64,000 bases of DNA from an uncultured bacterium. GTDB taxonomy: Bacteria; Omnitrophota; Omnitrophia; Omnitrophales; CAZLUT01. Below the pieces are notes generated by a model. It ran no database searches and was not told the DNA's origin. It saw only the letters and a list, made by a program, of their open reading frames with translations. The position numbers and the translations under genes were made by a program. Position 1 is the stretch's first letter, and the number at the start of each line of letters is the position of its first letter. The DNA is taken from assembly GCA_964562805.1 (NCBI GenBank), contig CAZLUT010000003.1, positions 6,707-70,706 of the forward strand, in the 5' to 3' direction. This document shows positions 18,734 to 28,321 of the stretch, piece after piece.

Positions 18734-18979
18734 TTACATCCCTAAATCTTTTGGATTCATCGACATAAAGGTATCGCGGACTTCGGGATCATTCATAAGG
18801 TCCTTAAGCTCAGGCATGGTCATTAGCTTGGAATAGTTTTTTGATTTCATGGCTTCCATGATTTCAGGATTCTTCATCACCTCTTGAATTTTGGGGTTAG
18901 ACATCAATTTTTGAAAATCTTTATTTTTCATAAGAGATGCCATCGCACCCATATTTTTAAACATATCGCCAAATCCCAT
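18734..18979 (-). CDS. small Met-rich protein with STI1/DP-like tandem motifs (NPxIxEhMK)
   Basis: Repeats NPKIQEVMK / NPEIMEAMK / MPELKDLMNDPEVRDTFMSMNPKDL resemble the DP/STI1 motif of Hop/Hip/Tic40; 81 aa, 11 Met. Confidence 0.4.
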   Translation of the reverse strand: MGFGDMFKNMGAMASLMKNKDFQKLMSNPKIQEVMKNPEIMEAMKSKNYSKLMTMPELKDLMNDPEVRDTFMSMNPKDLGM

Positions 18980-18984
18980 ATTAT

Positions 18985-19486
18985 TTAACCTCGATAATTT
19001 GTAAATTGAATCGGAACTTCAATTGGTTTTTCTCGTAACATTTTTTGAATAGCCTGCAGATCATCTCGTTTCTTTCCTGAAACCCGTACTTTTTCTCCCT
19101 GAATAGACCCTTGCACTTTAAGCTTTGTTTCTTTAATCCATTTTACGATCTGTTTAGAGATCTCCTGAGGCAGCTCGACGACAAGCTCGACTTCTTGCCT
19201 AAAAGCGCCTCCTAAGGCCGGTTCAGGATCCTTATACTTAAAAGCCTTGGGCGAAATATTCCGCTTAGCCCCCTTGGTCGCTAAAATATCCTGCATAGCT
19301 TTAAGTTTCATATCATCCGCGGCCAAAATCGTAATCTTTTTTTCATTCCGATTAAAATCAAAGGAGCAATTGGCACCCTTAAAATCATAACGCATGGAGA
19401 TTTCTTTTTTTGCCTGGTTGATTGAGTTATCGATTTCCTGAAGATCGATTTCAGAAACGATATCGAAGGACGAATCAGCTGCCATT
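18985..19486 (-). CDS. yajQ: YajQ-family nucleotide-binding protein (UPF0234)
   Basis: Conserved YajQ N-terminus SFDIVSEIDLQE beginning at the internal ATG (19486); ORF-track TTG start 19512 would overlap the upstream PilZ gene by 38 nt and is not supported by homology. Confidence 0.75.
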
Positions 19487-19834
19487 AGTAATTTCGGAAA
19501 GGAACTTCTCAAGAATTAATCGTTTTTCAGCGGAGATCTCTAAGAATTCAAAGCCAACATCATAGTGAACCAATTTAGGGTTAAAATCATGATGTTTAAT
19601 TGACCAAGCCACTCTTGCCTTACATTCGAATGGCTCCATATCAGGTTTTAGGATTAATTTGATATAAACTTCCGAAAAAGGCTCGAGAGGCTGTGATAAA
19701 TTCGCACAGAGACCGCCAATGCCTAAATTTTCAGTTACGGAATGAAAAACTTCGCTCTTATCCGGTGTTTTAACGGATATGCCGCATTCTTTTTTAATTC
19801 TTACGAAGTTTCTATTTTCGAACGAATTCCACAT
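19475..19834 (-). CDS. PilZ-domain protein
   Basis: RxxxR (RNFVR) plus N/DxSxxG-like (ENLGIGG) motifs, PilZ-sized (119 aa). Confidence 0.55.
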   Translation of the reverse strand: MWNSFENRNFVRIKKECGISVKTPDKSEVFHSVTENLGIGGLCANLSQPLEPFSEVYIKLILKPDMEPFECKARVAWSIKHHDFNPKLVHYDVGFEFLEISAEKRLILEKFLSEITNGS

Positions 19835-21060
19835 TATTTTGCAGTCCTTACAAAGCTATCATCATAAATTTTAAACTGCGAATCAGCCCTTAATTCTTTT
19901 AGAGCCTTCTGGGCATCACTCGAAGTCTTATAGTGGCCGATAAAAATCTGATAGAGTTGATTTCCACGGCTCCCTCGAATTTTACGGATATATCCTTCAT
20001 AACCTTTAGCTCGAAGATCATCAATTACTTTTTCGCTTGCTTTAATATCATCTGAGAGGCACAGCTGAACGCTGTATGACTTAGGAAGATTTGCCGGCGC
20101 TATAGGTGCGGGAGGAGGCATTGCCCCTCCGGAATCCTTAATTTCGTTTTCTGTTATGCCGGAACTTTGTGCTGAGATCGGCTTAGAAATGGAAGTGTCT
20201 TTTTCCTCAGCATCCGCTGTTTCAGGCACCAAAATTGAAACTACGTTTTTATTTTTAATCTCATCCGCGGATCGACTGCCAAAAAATGTAATTCCAAGGG
20301 TGACAACTAGTATCAAAGCTAAGACACCGCCTATAATTCCGTAATAAAAACGAGGATTTTTCTTTAGGGTATCAATCCCCCATTCTATATATTCCCTTAT
20401 GGTAAACCATGCGGCTCTCAAACCTTTTTCTTTCTGCAGATTCGTAAGGCCTTGAGATAATTCAATGCCCCCTGTAGTCGAACCGATTTCACTTCTTAAT
20501 TTCTCCGGCTGATCCTGAGGTTTTGCTTCGCTTTCAAATTTCAATTCCAATTCCTGAGGTGTTTCATGAGAAGTCTCACGCACTTCCTGCTCTCCAGCTT
20601 CACTTGATTCGTCTTTCTCAGCTTCCGCAGCAAGATTTGTTTCCGGTGTTTCACCTTGGGCCGGAGCTGCTTCGCTTTCTAGCTGAATTTCCACTTCCTC
20701 GTTTTGAGGTGTATTATCATCGCTTTGGTATTCGGTATGAATATCACTTTCTGGTTTTTCAGCCGTCTTTTCTTGGATTTCATCTGTTTCGTTTGAAAAA
20801 TTCAATTCTTCCTTAACTTCTGTTTCGTGAGATTCAGATGGGTTTAAAACAGTCGTATGGGATTGAGGCTCTCCTTCGGCATGAGGAATAACAGGCGAAG
20901 AAGTCTCTTCGGATGAGACGGATTCTTCAGTTTTTGGCTTGGGATCCCCTACCATATCTGAGGGACGATAAACGCCGTAAAGGCGCTCTTGAATTTCTTT
21001 TTCAGATAAAACTTTTGGTTTTTCTTCTTTTTTATTACTAAATGGCCAATTAGCTTGCAA
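19834..21060 (-). CDS. SPOR-domain membrane protein with long acidic low-complexity linker
   Basis: E/S/T-rich region about 150 aa, single TM (IIGGVLALILVVTLGITFF), C-terminal SPOR-like fold (YSVQLC...YQIFIGHYKT..A.KAL). Confidence 0.55.
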   Translation of the reverse strand: MQANWPFSNKKEEKPKVLSEKEIQERLYGVYRPSDMVGDPKPKTEESVSSEETSSPVIPHAEGEPQSHTTVLNPSESHETEVKEELNFSNETDEIQEKTAEKPESDIHTEYQSDDNTPQNEEVEIQLESEAAPAQGETPETNLAAEAEKDESSEAGEQEVRETSHETPQELELKFESEAKPQDQPEKLRSEIGSTTGGIELSQGLTNLQKEKGLRAAWFTIREYIEWGIDTLKKNPRFYYGIIGGVLALILVVTLGITFFGSRSADEIKNKNVVSILVPETADAEEKDTSISKPISAQSSGITENEIKDSGGAMPPPAPIAPANLPKSYSVQLCLSDDIKASEKVIDDLRAKGYEGYIRKIRGSRGNQLYQIFIGHYKTSSDAQKALKELRADSQFKIYDDSFVRTAK

Positions 21061-21532
21061 GGGGTGAATTCTCCTTTAAAAATAGTTTGTACATCACTAA
21101 AGCATTTCCGCCGACCGGAATCCGTGCTTTTTCCTGGAATCCATTATCCTGACAAAGTTTTCCGGCTGCTTTCATATCTTCAGTAGCTCTAAAAACAATC
21201 TCCTGATAACCAACCTCCAAACAAAATTGTATCGCTTTTTGCATCAGTTTGTATCCAATGCGCTGTTTGCGATAATTGGGATTTACCATGATTCTCCGAA
21301 GCAAGGCGTTTCTTTCATCATCTTTTTTAACAGCCACAGTACCGACAACTTTATCGTTATCAACAGCTACAAAAAAAGCCTCTCCTAATCCTCCGTAATG
21401 ATCATGAAGAGAATTAAGATCATCCGCCGGGTAACTTTGGGTCGCTCCGGGGAATTCGCCTCCCATAACAGATTCGATAAGTTCTTTCGCGGGCTTTTCT
21501 TCGCCTTTACGAATCTTTCGAATCTCAATCAT
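21050..21532 (-). CDS. GNAT family N-acetyltransferase
   Basis: Acetyl-CoA binding motif A RRIMVNPNYRKQRIGYKLM and GNAT length. Confidence 0.7.
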   Translation of the reverse strand: MIEIRKIRKGEEKPAKELIESVMGGEFPGATQSYPADDLNSLHDHYGGLGEAFFVAVDNDKVVGTVAVKKDDERNALLRRIMVNPNYRKQRIGYKLMQKAIQFCLEVGYQEIVFRATEDMKAAGKLCQDNGFQEKARIPVGGNALVMYKLFLKENSPLAS

Positions 21533-21547
21533 GTTCTTCCCCCCTTA

Positions 21548-21772
21548 TTATTTCTGCTCTTCTTTTTTAGCTTCTTCGCCTGTTTTTTCAGCAGCAGCTT
21601 TTGTCTTTTTGGTTTTTAATTTTTGCGATTTAACTTTAGGTAAACCATAAACTGACTTGTCTTCTGACCAAGCCTCATTAGATTTGAGTTTCTTGATCCT
21701 TTCGTAACGCTTTAAAACATTCCGGTGACGTGAGCCAACTTTATCAACCCGCAAGCTGGAATGAATACTCAT
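21548..21772 (-). CDS. small basic protein of unknown function
   Basis: 74 aa, Lys/Arg-rich, no match to ribosomal S21/S20 patterns I can recall. Confidence 0.35.
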   Translation of the reverse strand: MSIHSSLRVDKVGSRHRNVLKRYERIKKLKSNEAWSEDKSVYGLPKVKSQKLKTKKTKAAAEKTGEEAKKEEQK

Positions 21773-21947
21773 GAAATTACCATCCTTTCTGAAAAGTGCT
21801 GATTCGGACTTGAATCGACTCGGATTCCTTAGTTGAATCAGTCTGTATTATACAGATGTCCCCTCGATAATCGATGAAAAAATTAACTATTAAGAAAAAA
21901 TTTTAAGGGGTAATCTGACTATTTTTAATCCGCCGCAGCACCTTAAT

Positions 21948-21990
21948 TTCTCAGATCTTAGATCTAGGATCTGAGATCTAAGTTTCAGAG
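21948..21990 (-). repeat. heptamer tandem array family A, about 6 units, overlapping stop codon of SPOR-like gene
   Basis: tctcaga tcttaga tctagga tctgaga tctaagt ttcagag; stops on both strands; TAG stop of 21978..22697 lies inside array. Confidence 0.6.
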
Positions 21991-22697
21991 GTAATTTTCC
22001 TAATATACGTCCCTTTATATTTACCCACTTCTTTAGCTGCCGCAAGCTCTTTATCAGCATCCTGCCGGCTTAAAAAGGGGCCTAAGACCACCATGTAATA
22101 TTTCCCACTCTTACGGTAAGATCCCTTTAAATTGCTCTTTAGAAGGCTCTCAACCTCGCGTTTAGCATAGTTTTGATTGGAAGTCGACATAAGCCGCGCC
22201 TCGTAGTATTTCTCAGGCTTTACAGTCTCTCCTTGAAGCGATACTTCCTCTTTCTTAGGGATGCTCACAGTCTCTTGTTTTTTTGTAAGATGCTCTTCCC
22301 TTTTTTTAGGAAAATAGGTCCCAAGCAAACTGCCCCCGCTCTTTCTGGGCTTCTCGCTGTTCGTTCTTATCTTGATCGAGGGGCTTTTCTCCTCTTTAGC
22401 CTGAACTCGTTTTTGAAATCCTAATGATTTTTCAGTTTTCCGGACTTGGGCAAGATTTGCCATTGATTCTACTTTGTAACGTTTGCCAAGCGACTCTTTC
22501 TCGATGGATTTTCCATGCTCAACTCCGATCGTAAAAATAACCACAAGAAGTATTAGGAAAATAAGTGTAACAAAGATGATCTTATCGATCGTCAGACGAA
22601 TCTCAAACTTCCCTTCAGACAAGGTTTCATCAAACCTTTTATCGGAAATATTTTTTCCGCGGGGCTTTAAACTTTCAAAAAGCTCGCCTTGTTTCAT
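21978..22697 (-). CDS. SPOR-like membrane protein
   Basis: Start set at ATG 22697 forming ATGA overlap with lepB stop (track start 22778 would overlap lepB by 85 nt); TM helix then K/E-rich region and C-terminal YYMVVLGPF...A.KEL SPOR-like segment. Confidence 0.5.
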   Translation of the reverse strand: MKQGELFESLKPRGKNISDKRFDETLSEGKFEIRLTIDKIIFVTLIFLILLVVIFTIGVEHGKSIEKESLGKRYKVESMANLAQVRKTEKSLGFQKRVQAKEEKSPSIKIRTNSEKPRKSGGSLLGTYFPKKREEHLTKKQETVSIPKKEEVSLQGETVKPEKYYEARLMSTSNQNYAKREVESLLKSNLKGSYRKSGKYYMVVLGPFLSRQDADKELAAAKEVGKYKGTYIRKITSET

Positions 22698-23278
22698 TTG
22701 ACAAGTCGGATACGTTTGGGCGGCCAATAAATCATAAAAGCCTTGCCGATTAATTCTTTTCTTTTTACAAACCCCCAATTACGGCTATCAGAACTTTGAG
22801 CGCTATTATCACCCAAAACAAAAAAGCTGTTCTCCGGCACTAAAATTTTCTTATCCTCTCCTCCGTACTCCCAGTCTTCCCGGTTGTAATAATAAAATTT
22901 TCTAAACACCGAATCTTCGGGGAAAGACTCACCATCAATATAAATTTTACCCTGTTTTATTTCAATCTCATCGCCCGGCAAACCTACGAGCCTTTTAATA
23001 AAATCTCTCTTCTTTCCGTCGCCCGGATAGCGAAAGACAATAATATCGCTCCTTTTAGGTTCGTGAAAATGATAGATAAATTTATTAACTAAAACCCGGT
23101 CATTTTCCATCAAAGTAGGGCGCATTGAACCGGTTGGAATTTTATATGCCTGAAAAAAGAAAGTCCGGATTATAAGCGCTAAAAGTATCGCTAAAAGTAT
23201 CGGTTCAATCCATTCTTTAATTAGATATTGCCATTTGGGATGTAATTTTAAGATCCATTGATGGTAAAACTTAAACAT
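22694..23278 (-). CDS. lepB: signal peptidase I
   Basis: Catalytic Ser box GSMRPTL, Lys box and GDNSAQSSDSRNWGFV C-terminal box. Confidence 0.85.
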   Translation of the reverse strand: MFKFYHQWILKLHPKWQYLIKEWIEPILLAILLALIIRTFFFQAYKIPTGSMRPTLMENDRVLVNKFIYHFHEPKRSDIIVFRYPGDGKKRDFIKRLVGLPGDEIEIKQGKIYIDGESFPEDSVFRKFYYYNREDWEYGGEDKKILVPENSFFVLGDNSAQSSDSRNWGFVKRKELIGKAFMIYWPPKRIRLVK

Positions 23279-23289
23279 TTTTTCTCCTG

Positions 23290-25074
23290 TTATTCATCTA
23301 CTCTCAAAACCGAAATAAATGCTTCCTGTGGTATATCAACTTTTCCGACCTTTTTCATCCTTTTTTTGCCGGCTTTTTGCTTTTCCCAAAGCTTACGTTT
23401 CCGGGTAATATCGCCGCCATAACATTTTGCCGTTACATCTTTAGAAAGAGCTCGAATACTGTCGCGGGCAATAATGCGGGAGCCGACTGCCGCCTGAATA
23501 ACAACTTCAAAAAGCTGCCTGGGTATCACATCCTTTAGCTTTTCAACTAAAGCACGGCCCCGTTCATACGCGTGCTCTTTATGCACAATACTTGAAAGCG
23601 CGTCAACCGGTTCACTATTAATTAATATATCCAAACGTGATAAGTCGGAAGCGCGAAATCCAATAAAATCATAATTCAAAGATCCATACCCGCGGGTTGC
23701 CGATTTAATTTTGTCGTAAAAATCCAAAACAACTTCACAAAATGGCATTTCATAAGTTAAGACGGCGCGTGTAGAATCTAAATATTCCGTATCCCGGTAA
23801 ATACCCCTTCTATCCTGGCAGAGCTTCATGATAGTTCCGATGTTTTCGGCCGGAATCAAAAGACTTGCCTCAATATAAGGCTCCTCAATGCGCTCGATCT
23901 TATCTTTTGTGGGCAAAAGGCTCGGATTTTCAAGCATTAAAATCTCCCCGTTAGTTTTTGTTACTCTGTAAACAACGCTGGGTGCTGTAATAATTAACTG
24001 GAGATTGAATTCGCGCTCCAAGCGTTCTTGTATGATTTCCATGTGTAAAAGCCCCAAAAATCCGCAGCGAAAACCAAACCCTAAAGACTGTGAAGTTTCA
24101 GCCTCATAAACAAAAGAGGAATCATTCAAACTTAGCTTTTCCAACGCATCCCTTAAAAGCGCGAAATCTTTCGCTGCGATTGGATACATTCCACAAAACA
24201 CCATCGGTTTTGCCTCTTTATAGCCGGGAAGCGGTTTTTTAGCCGGCATTTCTTTTAAAGTAACTGTATCCCCTATTTTTACGTCTTTCACATTCTTAAT
24301 ATTACAGGCAATAAACCCTACCAATCCTGCAGAAAGGCCTTTGACCGGCGTTGGCTGAGGAGCAAAAATACCAATCTCTTCTACTTCATATTCTGTCTTG
24401 TTATTCATCATTAGGATCTTGTCATGCAGCTTTATTTCCCCGTCCACCACCCTTATATAGACAACAACCCCTTTATAAGGGTCGTATTTTGAATCAAAAA
24501 TAAGCGCTTTGAGCGAAGATGCCTTATCGCCTTTAGGTGGAGGAATTTTTTCAATAATCGCGTCTAAAATTTGAAGCGAGCCCTCTCCTGTCTTAGAGCT
24601 TGTTGAAAGCACCTCCTCACCCGTAGTTCCCAAAATATTCTGAATCTCTTTTTTGGTTTTAGGAATATCAGCGTTAGGAAGGTCGATTTTAGTAATAACC
24701 GGGACCATCTCTAAATTTTTCTCCAAAGCCAGATAAAGATTCGACATGGTCTGGGCCTCGACACCTTGAGAGCCATCCACCAAAAGCAGCACTCCTTCAC
24801 AGGCTGCGAAACTTTTTGAAACTTCATAAGTGAAATCAACATGCCCGGGCGTATCGATCAAATTAAGAATATGACCTTTGTATTTAATCTGGACAGCGCG
24901 TGCTTTAATGGTAATACCTCTCTCACGCTCCAGATCCATATCATCCAAGAATTGCTCACGAAATTCCCGCTGGGTGATGGCATGGGTATCGAGAAGCATG
25001 CGATCGGCCAAGGTAGACTTACCATGATCAATATGCGCTGAGATAGAAAAATTACGTATTTTTTTAATATCCAT
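23290..25074 (-). CDS. lepA: elongation factor 4 (translational GTPase LepA)
   Basis: IRNFSISAHIDHGKSTLADR G1 motif, DTPGHVDF, NKIDL, LepA-specific C-terminal domain; full length about 594 aa. Confidence 0.95.
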   Translation of the reverse strand: MDIKKIRNFSISAHIDHGKSTLADRMLLDTHAITQREFREQFLDDMDLERERGITIKARAVQIKYKGHILNLIDTPGHVDFTYEVSKSFAACEGVLLLVDGSQGVEAQTMSNLYLALEKNLEMVPVITKIDLPNADIPKTKKEIQNILGTTGEEVLSTSSKTGEGSLQILDAIIEKIPPPKGDKASSLKALIFDSKYDPYKGVVVYIRVVDGEIKLHDKILMMNNKTEYEVEEIGIFAPQPTPVKGLSAGLVGFIACNIKNVKDVKIGDTVTLKEMPAKKPLPGYKEAKPMVFCGMYPIAAKDFALLRDALEKLSLNDSSFVYEAETSQSLGFGFRCGFLGLLHMEIIQERLEREFNLQLIITAPSVVYRVTKTNGEILMLENPSLLPTKDKIERIEEPYIEASLLIPAENIGTIMKLCQDRRGIYRDTEYLDSTRAVLTYEMPFCEVVLDFYDKIKSATRGYGSLNYDFIGFRASDLSRLDILINSEPVDALSSIVHKEHAYERGRALVEKLKDVIPRQLFEVVIQAAVGSRIIARDSIRALSKDVTAKCYGGDITRKRKLWEKQKAGKKRMKKVGKVDIPQEAFISVLRVDE

Positions 25075-25086
25075 TACTGCTTACAA

Positions 25087-25749
25087 CTACTTGATCCGGA
25101 GGCTTTGGATTGCTTTTTTTCTAGATTTAGCTCCAAAAATAAAGGTGCCTGCAACCAATACATCAGCACCTTGGCTAGCGCAAAGAGCACCTGTTTTAGC
25201 GTTAATTCCACCATCTACTGCAATAAAGCCTTTGAAACGCTTCTTTAATTCCGCGATTTTTTTTACCTGCTCCGGCATAAAAGCCTGACCTCCAAAACCC
25301 GGCTCAACTGTCATAACAAGCACCATATCAACATCTTTTAAATAAGGCAGGATAGCCTTGAGGGGCGTACGCGGTCTAAGGGATATACCTGGTTTTGCCC
25401 CTAGTTTACGAATTAATTTTAAAGTTTTCCTGACTTGTTTGGTCGCCTCGACATGAATCGTTAAATAATCAGATCCTGCTTTTATAAAATCCTTCACGTA
25501 CCGAATCGGTTCATCAATCATCAAATGAACGTCCATAGGAATTTTGGTGTAAGGTTTGATTTTTTTTACCACAACGGGGCCTATTGTTAGATTAGGGACA
25601 AAATGCCCGTCCATCACATCCACATGAACCCAGTCCGCCCCTTTAGCCGCTACGTCCTTAATTTCCGAACCTAACTTTCCAAAATCAGCCGAAAGAATAC
25701 TTGGTGCAACAATATTTTTTTTCTTATTCTTTTTCATTTTTCCTCTCAT
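25087..25749 (-). CDS. rpe: ribulose-phosphate 3-epimerase
   Basis: PSILSADF, VHVDVMDGHFVPNLT, DGGI motifs of the Rpe TIM barrel. Confidence 0.9.
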   Translation of the reverse strand: MRGKMKKNKKKNIVAPSILSADFGKLGSEIKDVAAKGADWVHVDVMDGHFVPNLTIGPVVVKKIKPYTKIPMDVHLMIDEPIRYVKDFIKAGSDYLTIHVEATKQVRKTLKLIRKLGAKPGISLRPRTPLKAILPYLKDVDMVLVMTVEPGFGGQAFMPEQVKKIAELKKRFKGFIAVDGGINAKTGALCASQGADVLVAGTFIFGAKSRKKAIQSLRIK

Positions 25750-25760
25750 TATTCACTTCT

Positions 25761-27029
25761 TCAAAAAGTGAAATTTCTCCTTATTTCCTTCTCCTCTTTA
25801 TCACTCAACGGCCCAATTAACGCTAAATTTAAATGTTCTGTTAAAAATATTTTCTTCGCCATTTGTCTCACATCTTCGGTCGTCACTTTTTCAATTTGGC
25901 GCTTAATTGCTTCTCTTTTAAGGAAGCTGTCCAAATGAAGATAGCGCTCACCCACCCAAATCATATGGTCAAGCGTATCTTCAAGCATTAAAAAAAGCTG
26001 GCCCACATAATAATCTTTAGCTCGCCTCAGTTCCTCGGCGGAAACTCCGGTCTTAGCAATTTTTTTTAATTCTTTTAGCGAAACTTCGATCGCGAGCTTC
26101 GCCTTTTTTGGATTGACTCCGGCTGAAACGGTGAAAGAGCCTGTATCCAAATAAGCCGCCACTCCGGAATGAATGCTATAGGCCAGCCCCCGCTTTTCTC
26201 TTACCTCATGAAAAAGGCGGCTTGACATATTAGCTCCTAAAATAACATGCAGGAGTCCTAGTTTATAGCGTTCCGGGTCTGTTTTGGATAAGGCGTGAAG
26301 CCCAATTACAAATTGACATTGTTCAATATCCCGCTTCACAAAATTAAATTTTGGTTCATTTTGATATGCGTCCGCTTTTTCAAAAATTGAACTTTCAGAT
26401 TTAAAAAACTTTTTGAAACGTTTCCGAACCAAGCGGAGAATTTGCGTGTGGCTCACATTTCCAGCCGCGGTGATTAAAAAATTGGGGGCATTATAAAACT
26501 TATTGTGGAACGCATTCAGCTCGCTTCGTGAGAGCCTGGAAACGGTTTCCATTGATCCCGCGATATTTCGGCCAAGCGGCTGTCGCTGCCAGAGAAGTTC
26601 GCTCATCAAATCCTGCACATGGCTTGAGGGTACATCCCGATACATTTTGATCTCTTCTAAAATAACCCCTCTTTCCCTTTGCATGTCGGAATTCTTAAAA
26701 AGCGGCAGGAGCGTCAGGTCAGCTAAAACATCAAAAACCTGATCCAAGTGCTTCGGTAAAATTTTCGTGAAATAGCAGGTTGACTCTTCTCCCGTAAAGG
26801 CGTTGAGCATCCCGCCCTTCCCTTCAACAATTTCCTTAATTTGGCGCATTGAATAATTTCGGGTTCCCTTAAAAACCAGATGTTCGATAAAATGTGAAGT
26901 TCCCGATAGTTTTCGGGATTCATACCGGCCGCCCACCTTAGCCCAAATACCCAAAGCCACAGAATCTCTTCCGGGCAAATTAATGGTAAGAACTCTCGCC
27001 CCATTCTTTAGATTGGTTGTCCGGTACAT
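25761..27029 (-). CDS. M16 (pitrilysin) family zinc peptidase
   Basis: Inverted zinc motif HFIEH (HxxEH) followed by downstream Glu region; about 420 aa two-domain fold. Confidence 0.8.
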   Translation of the reverse strand: MYRTTNLKNGARVLTINLPGRDSVALGIWAKVGGRYESRKLSGTSHFIEHLVFKGTRNYSMRQIKEIVEGKGGMLNAFTGEESTCYFTKILPKHLDQVFDVLADLTLLPLFKNSDMQRERGVILEEIKMYRDVPSSHVQDLMSELLWQRQPLGRNIAGSMETVSRLSRSELNAFHNKFYNAPNFLITAAGNVSHTQILRLVRKRFKKFFKSESSIFEKADAYQNEPKFNFVKRDIEQCQFVIGLHALSKTDPERYKLGLLHVILGANMSSRLFHEVREKRGLAYSIHSGVAAYLDTGSFTVSAGVNPKKAKLAIEVSLKELKKIAKTGVSAEELRRAKDYYVGQLFLMLEDTLDHMIWVGERYLHLDSFLKREAIKRQIEKVTTEDVRQMAKKIFLTEHLNLALIGPLSDKEEKEIRRNFTF

Positions 27030-27449
27030 TTACGATTTCCTCTTTAAATCCAAATAATTTTGCAAAAGTATCTGAGCCGCTAAAGAATCCACCCGTTGTT
27101 TCCGCTTGGCACGGCTTTTGCCGCTCTCCCTCAAATACATTTCAGCTTCTTTTGTGGTTAGCCTCTCATCAATTAATTCAAAATTTGTATCAGGAAATTG
27201 AGATCTGAGCCGCTTAACTTTTTCTTCCGTTTTTTGGGCTGCAATACCGACTTTATCTTCTAAAGTTTTAGGGTACCCGATGAGCACTACTTCCGGCTGA
27301 ATTTCGCCCAAAAGTTTTTTTAGTTCATTTAAAAAATAATCTTCAGATTTATATTCAATCATCGGTAAGGCGTGAGCCATTAAGCCAAGTTCATCGCTTT
27401 TAGCGATGCCGATTCGTTTTGTACCGAGATCTAAAGCGATCACTTTCAA
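27030..27449 (-). CDS. ruvX: putative pre-16S rRNA nuclease / Holliday junction resolvase-like YqgF
   Basis: VIALDLGTKRIGIAKSD RNase H-fold N-terminus; 139 aa. Confidence 0.85.
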   Translation of the reverse strand: MKVIALDLGTKRIGIAKSDELGLMAHALPMIEYKSEDYFLNELKKLLGEIQPEVVLIGYPKTLEDKVGIAAQKTEEKVKRLRSQFPDTNFELIDERLTTKEAEMYLRESGKSRAKRKQRVDSLAAQILLQNYLDLKRKS

Positions 27450-28243
27450 TTGTGTAATCCACTTTTTAGGCTTCTTAAAAATCGAGCTGTTTTTTCAATA
27501 CCTCCCGCTGACGGGCCATTTTTCTTCATTTCTTTAATGAGGGCAGTGCCTACAATTACCCCGCTCGAAACACGGGAAGCTTGTCTTACTTTTTTCTTAT
27601 CGGAAACCCCAAATCCAATCACAATTGGTTTTTTAGTGTGCGTGCGGATTGTTTTTAAATTTTGCTCCAAATCCCGGTCTAAATTTTGTCTGAGTCCCGT
27701 AACGCCCCGCGAGGAAACGTAATAAATAAATTCATCGGTTTTGGAACCAACCATCCGTATCCGTTCGGGAGTACTCGTCGGTGCCAGGAAATAAATTAAA
27801 GAAAGACCGGCTTTCTTTGCTTTTTTATGAAAACTTTCACCCTCCTCCGGCGGAAGATCAGGAATTAAAAATCCATCAAATCCGGATCTCTTTAATTCTC
27901 CTATTACTTTTACCTCACCCTGTTTTTGAATTGGATTATAGTAAGAGAAAAAAAGTACCGGCACTTGAAACCCTTTCTTTCTGAGTTTCAAAAGTAAATT
28001 GCAGGCATCTTTAAAAGTAACTTTGTTTTGTAGCGCCCGGCAGGAGGCGTCCTGAATAACGGGACCATCCGCCAAAGGATCTGAAAAAGGAAAACCCAAT
28101 TCGATTAAATCAATTTTTTCTTTCTCTGCCAAAAGGAGCATTTTTTCGGTATGGGCGAGACTTGTAAAACCCAGGGTAAAATAAATTGAAAAAATTTTCT
28201 TCTTTTTGTCTCTAAATAATTTTTTAAGCCTTTTTTCTTTCAT
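27446..28243 (-). CDS. trpA: tryptophan synthase alpha chain
   Basis: TrpA TIM-barrel blocks (LIELGFPFSDPLADGP, GFGV); ATGA overlap with ruvX. Confidence 0.9.
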   Translation of the reverse strand: MKEKRLKKLFRDKKKKIFSIYFTLGFTSLAHTEKMLLLAEKEKIDLIELGFPFSDPLADGPVIQDASCRALQNKVTFKDACNLLLKLRKKGFQVPVLFFSYYNPIQKQGEVKVIGELKRSGFDGFLIPDLPPEEGESFHKKAKKAGLSLIYFLAPTSTPERIRMVGSKTDEFIYYVSSRGVTGLRQNLDRDLEQNLKTIRTHTKKPIVIGFGVSDKKKVRQASRVSSGVIVGTALIKEMKKNGPSAGGIEKTARFLRSLKSGLHN

Positions 28244-28293
28244 TTTTCTATCTCTTTAAGAATTTTTTAATCTGTCCCTTTAGGGACTCCTTA

Positions 28294-28321
28294 GCCACTA
28301 ATCACTAACGACTAACCACTA
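28294..28321 (-). repeat. heptamer tandem array family B (sense-strand TAGTGRN / + strand NNCACTA), 4 units
   Basis: gccacta atcacta acgacta accacta; last unit contains trpB TAG stop; followed by small hairpin GTCCCTTTAGGGAC and trpA RBS. Confidence 0.6.

Noticed and set aside
21548-21772. Ribosomal protein S21/S20 identity for the small basic protein
   Set aside because: Lys/Arg-rich and of similar size, but its sequence does not align with S21 (…ALRRFKR…) or S20 signatures that I can recall.
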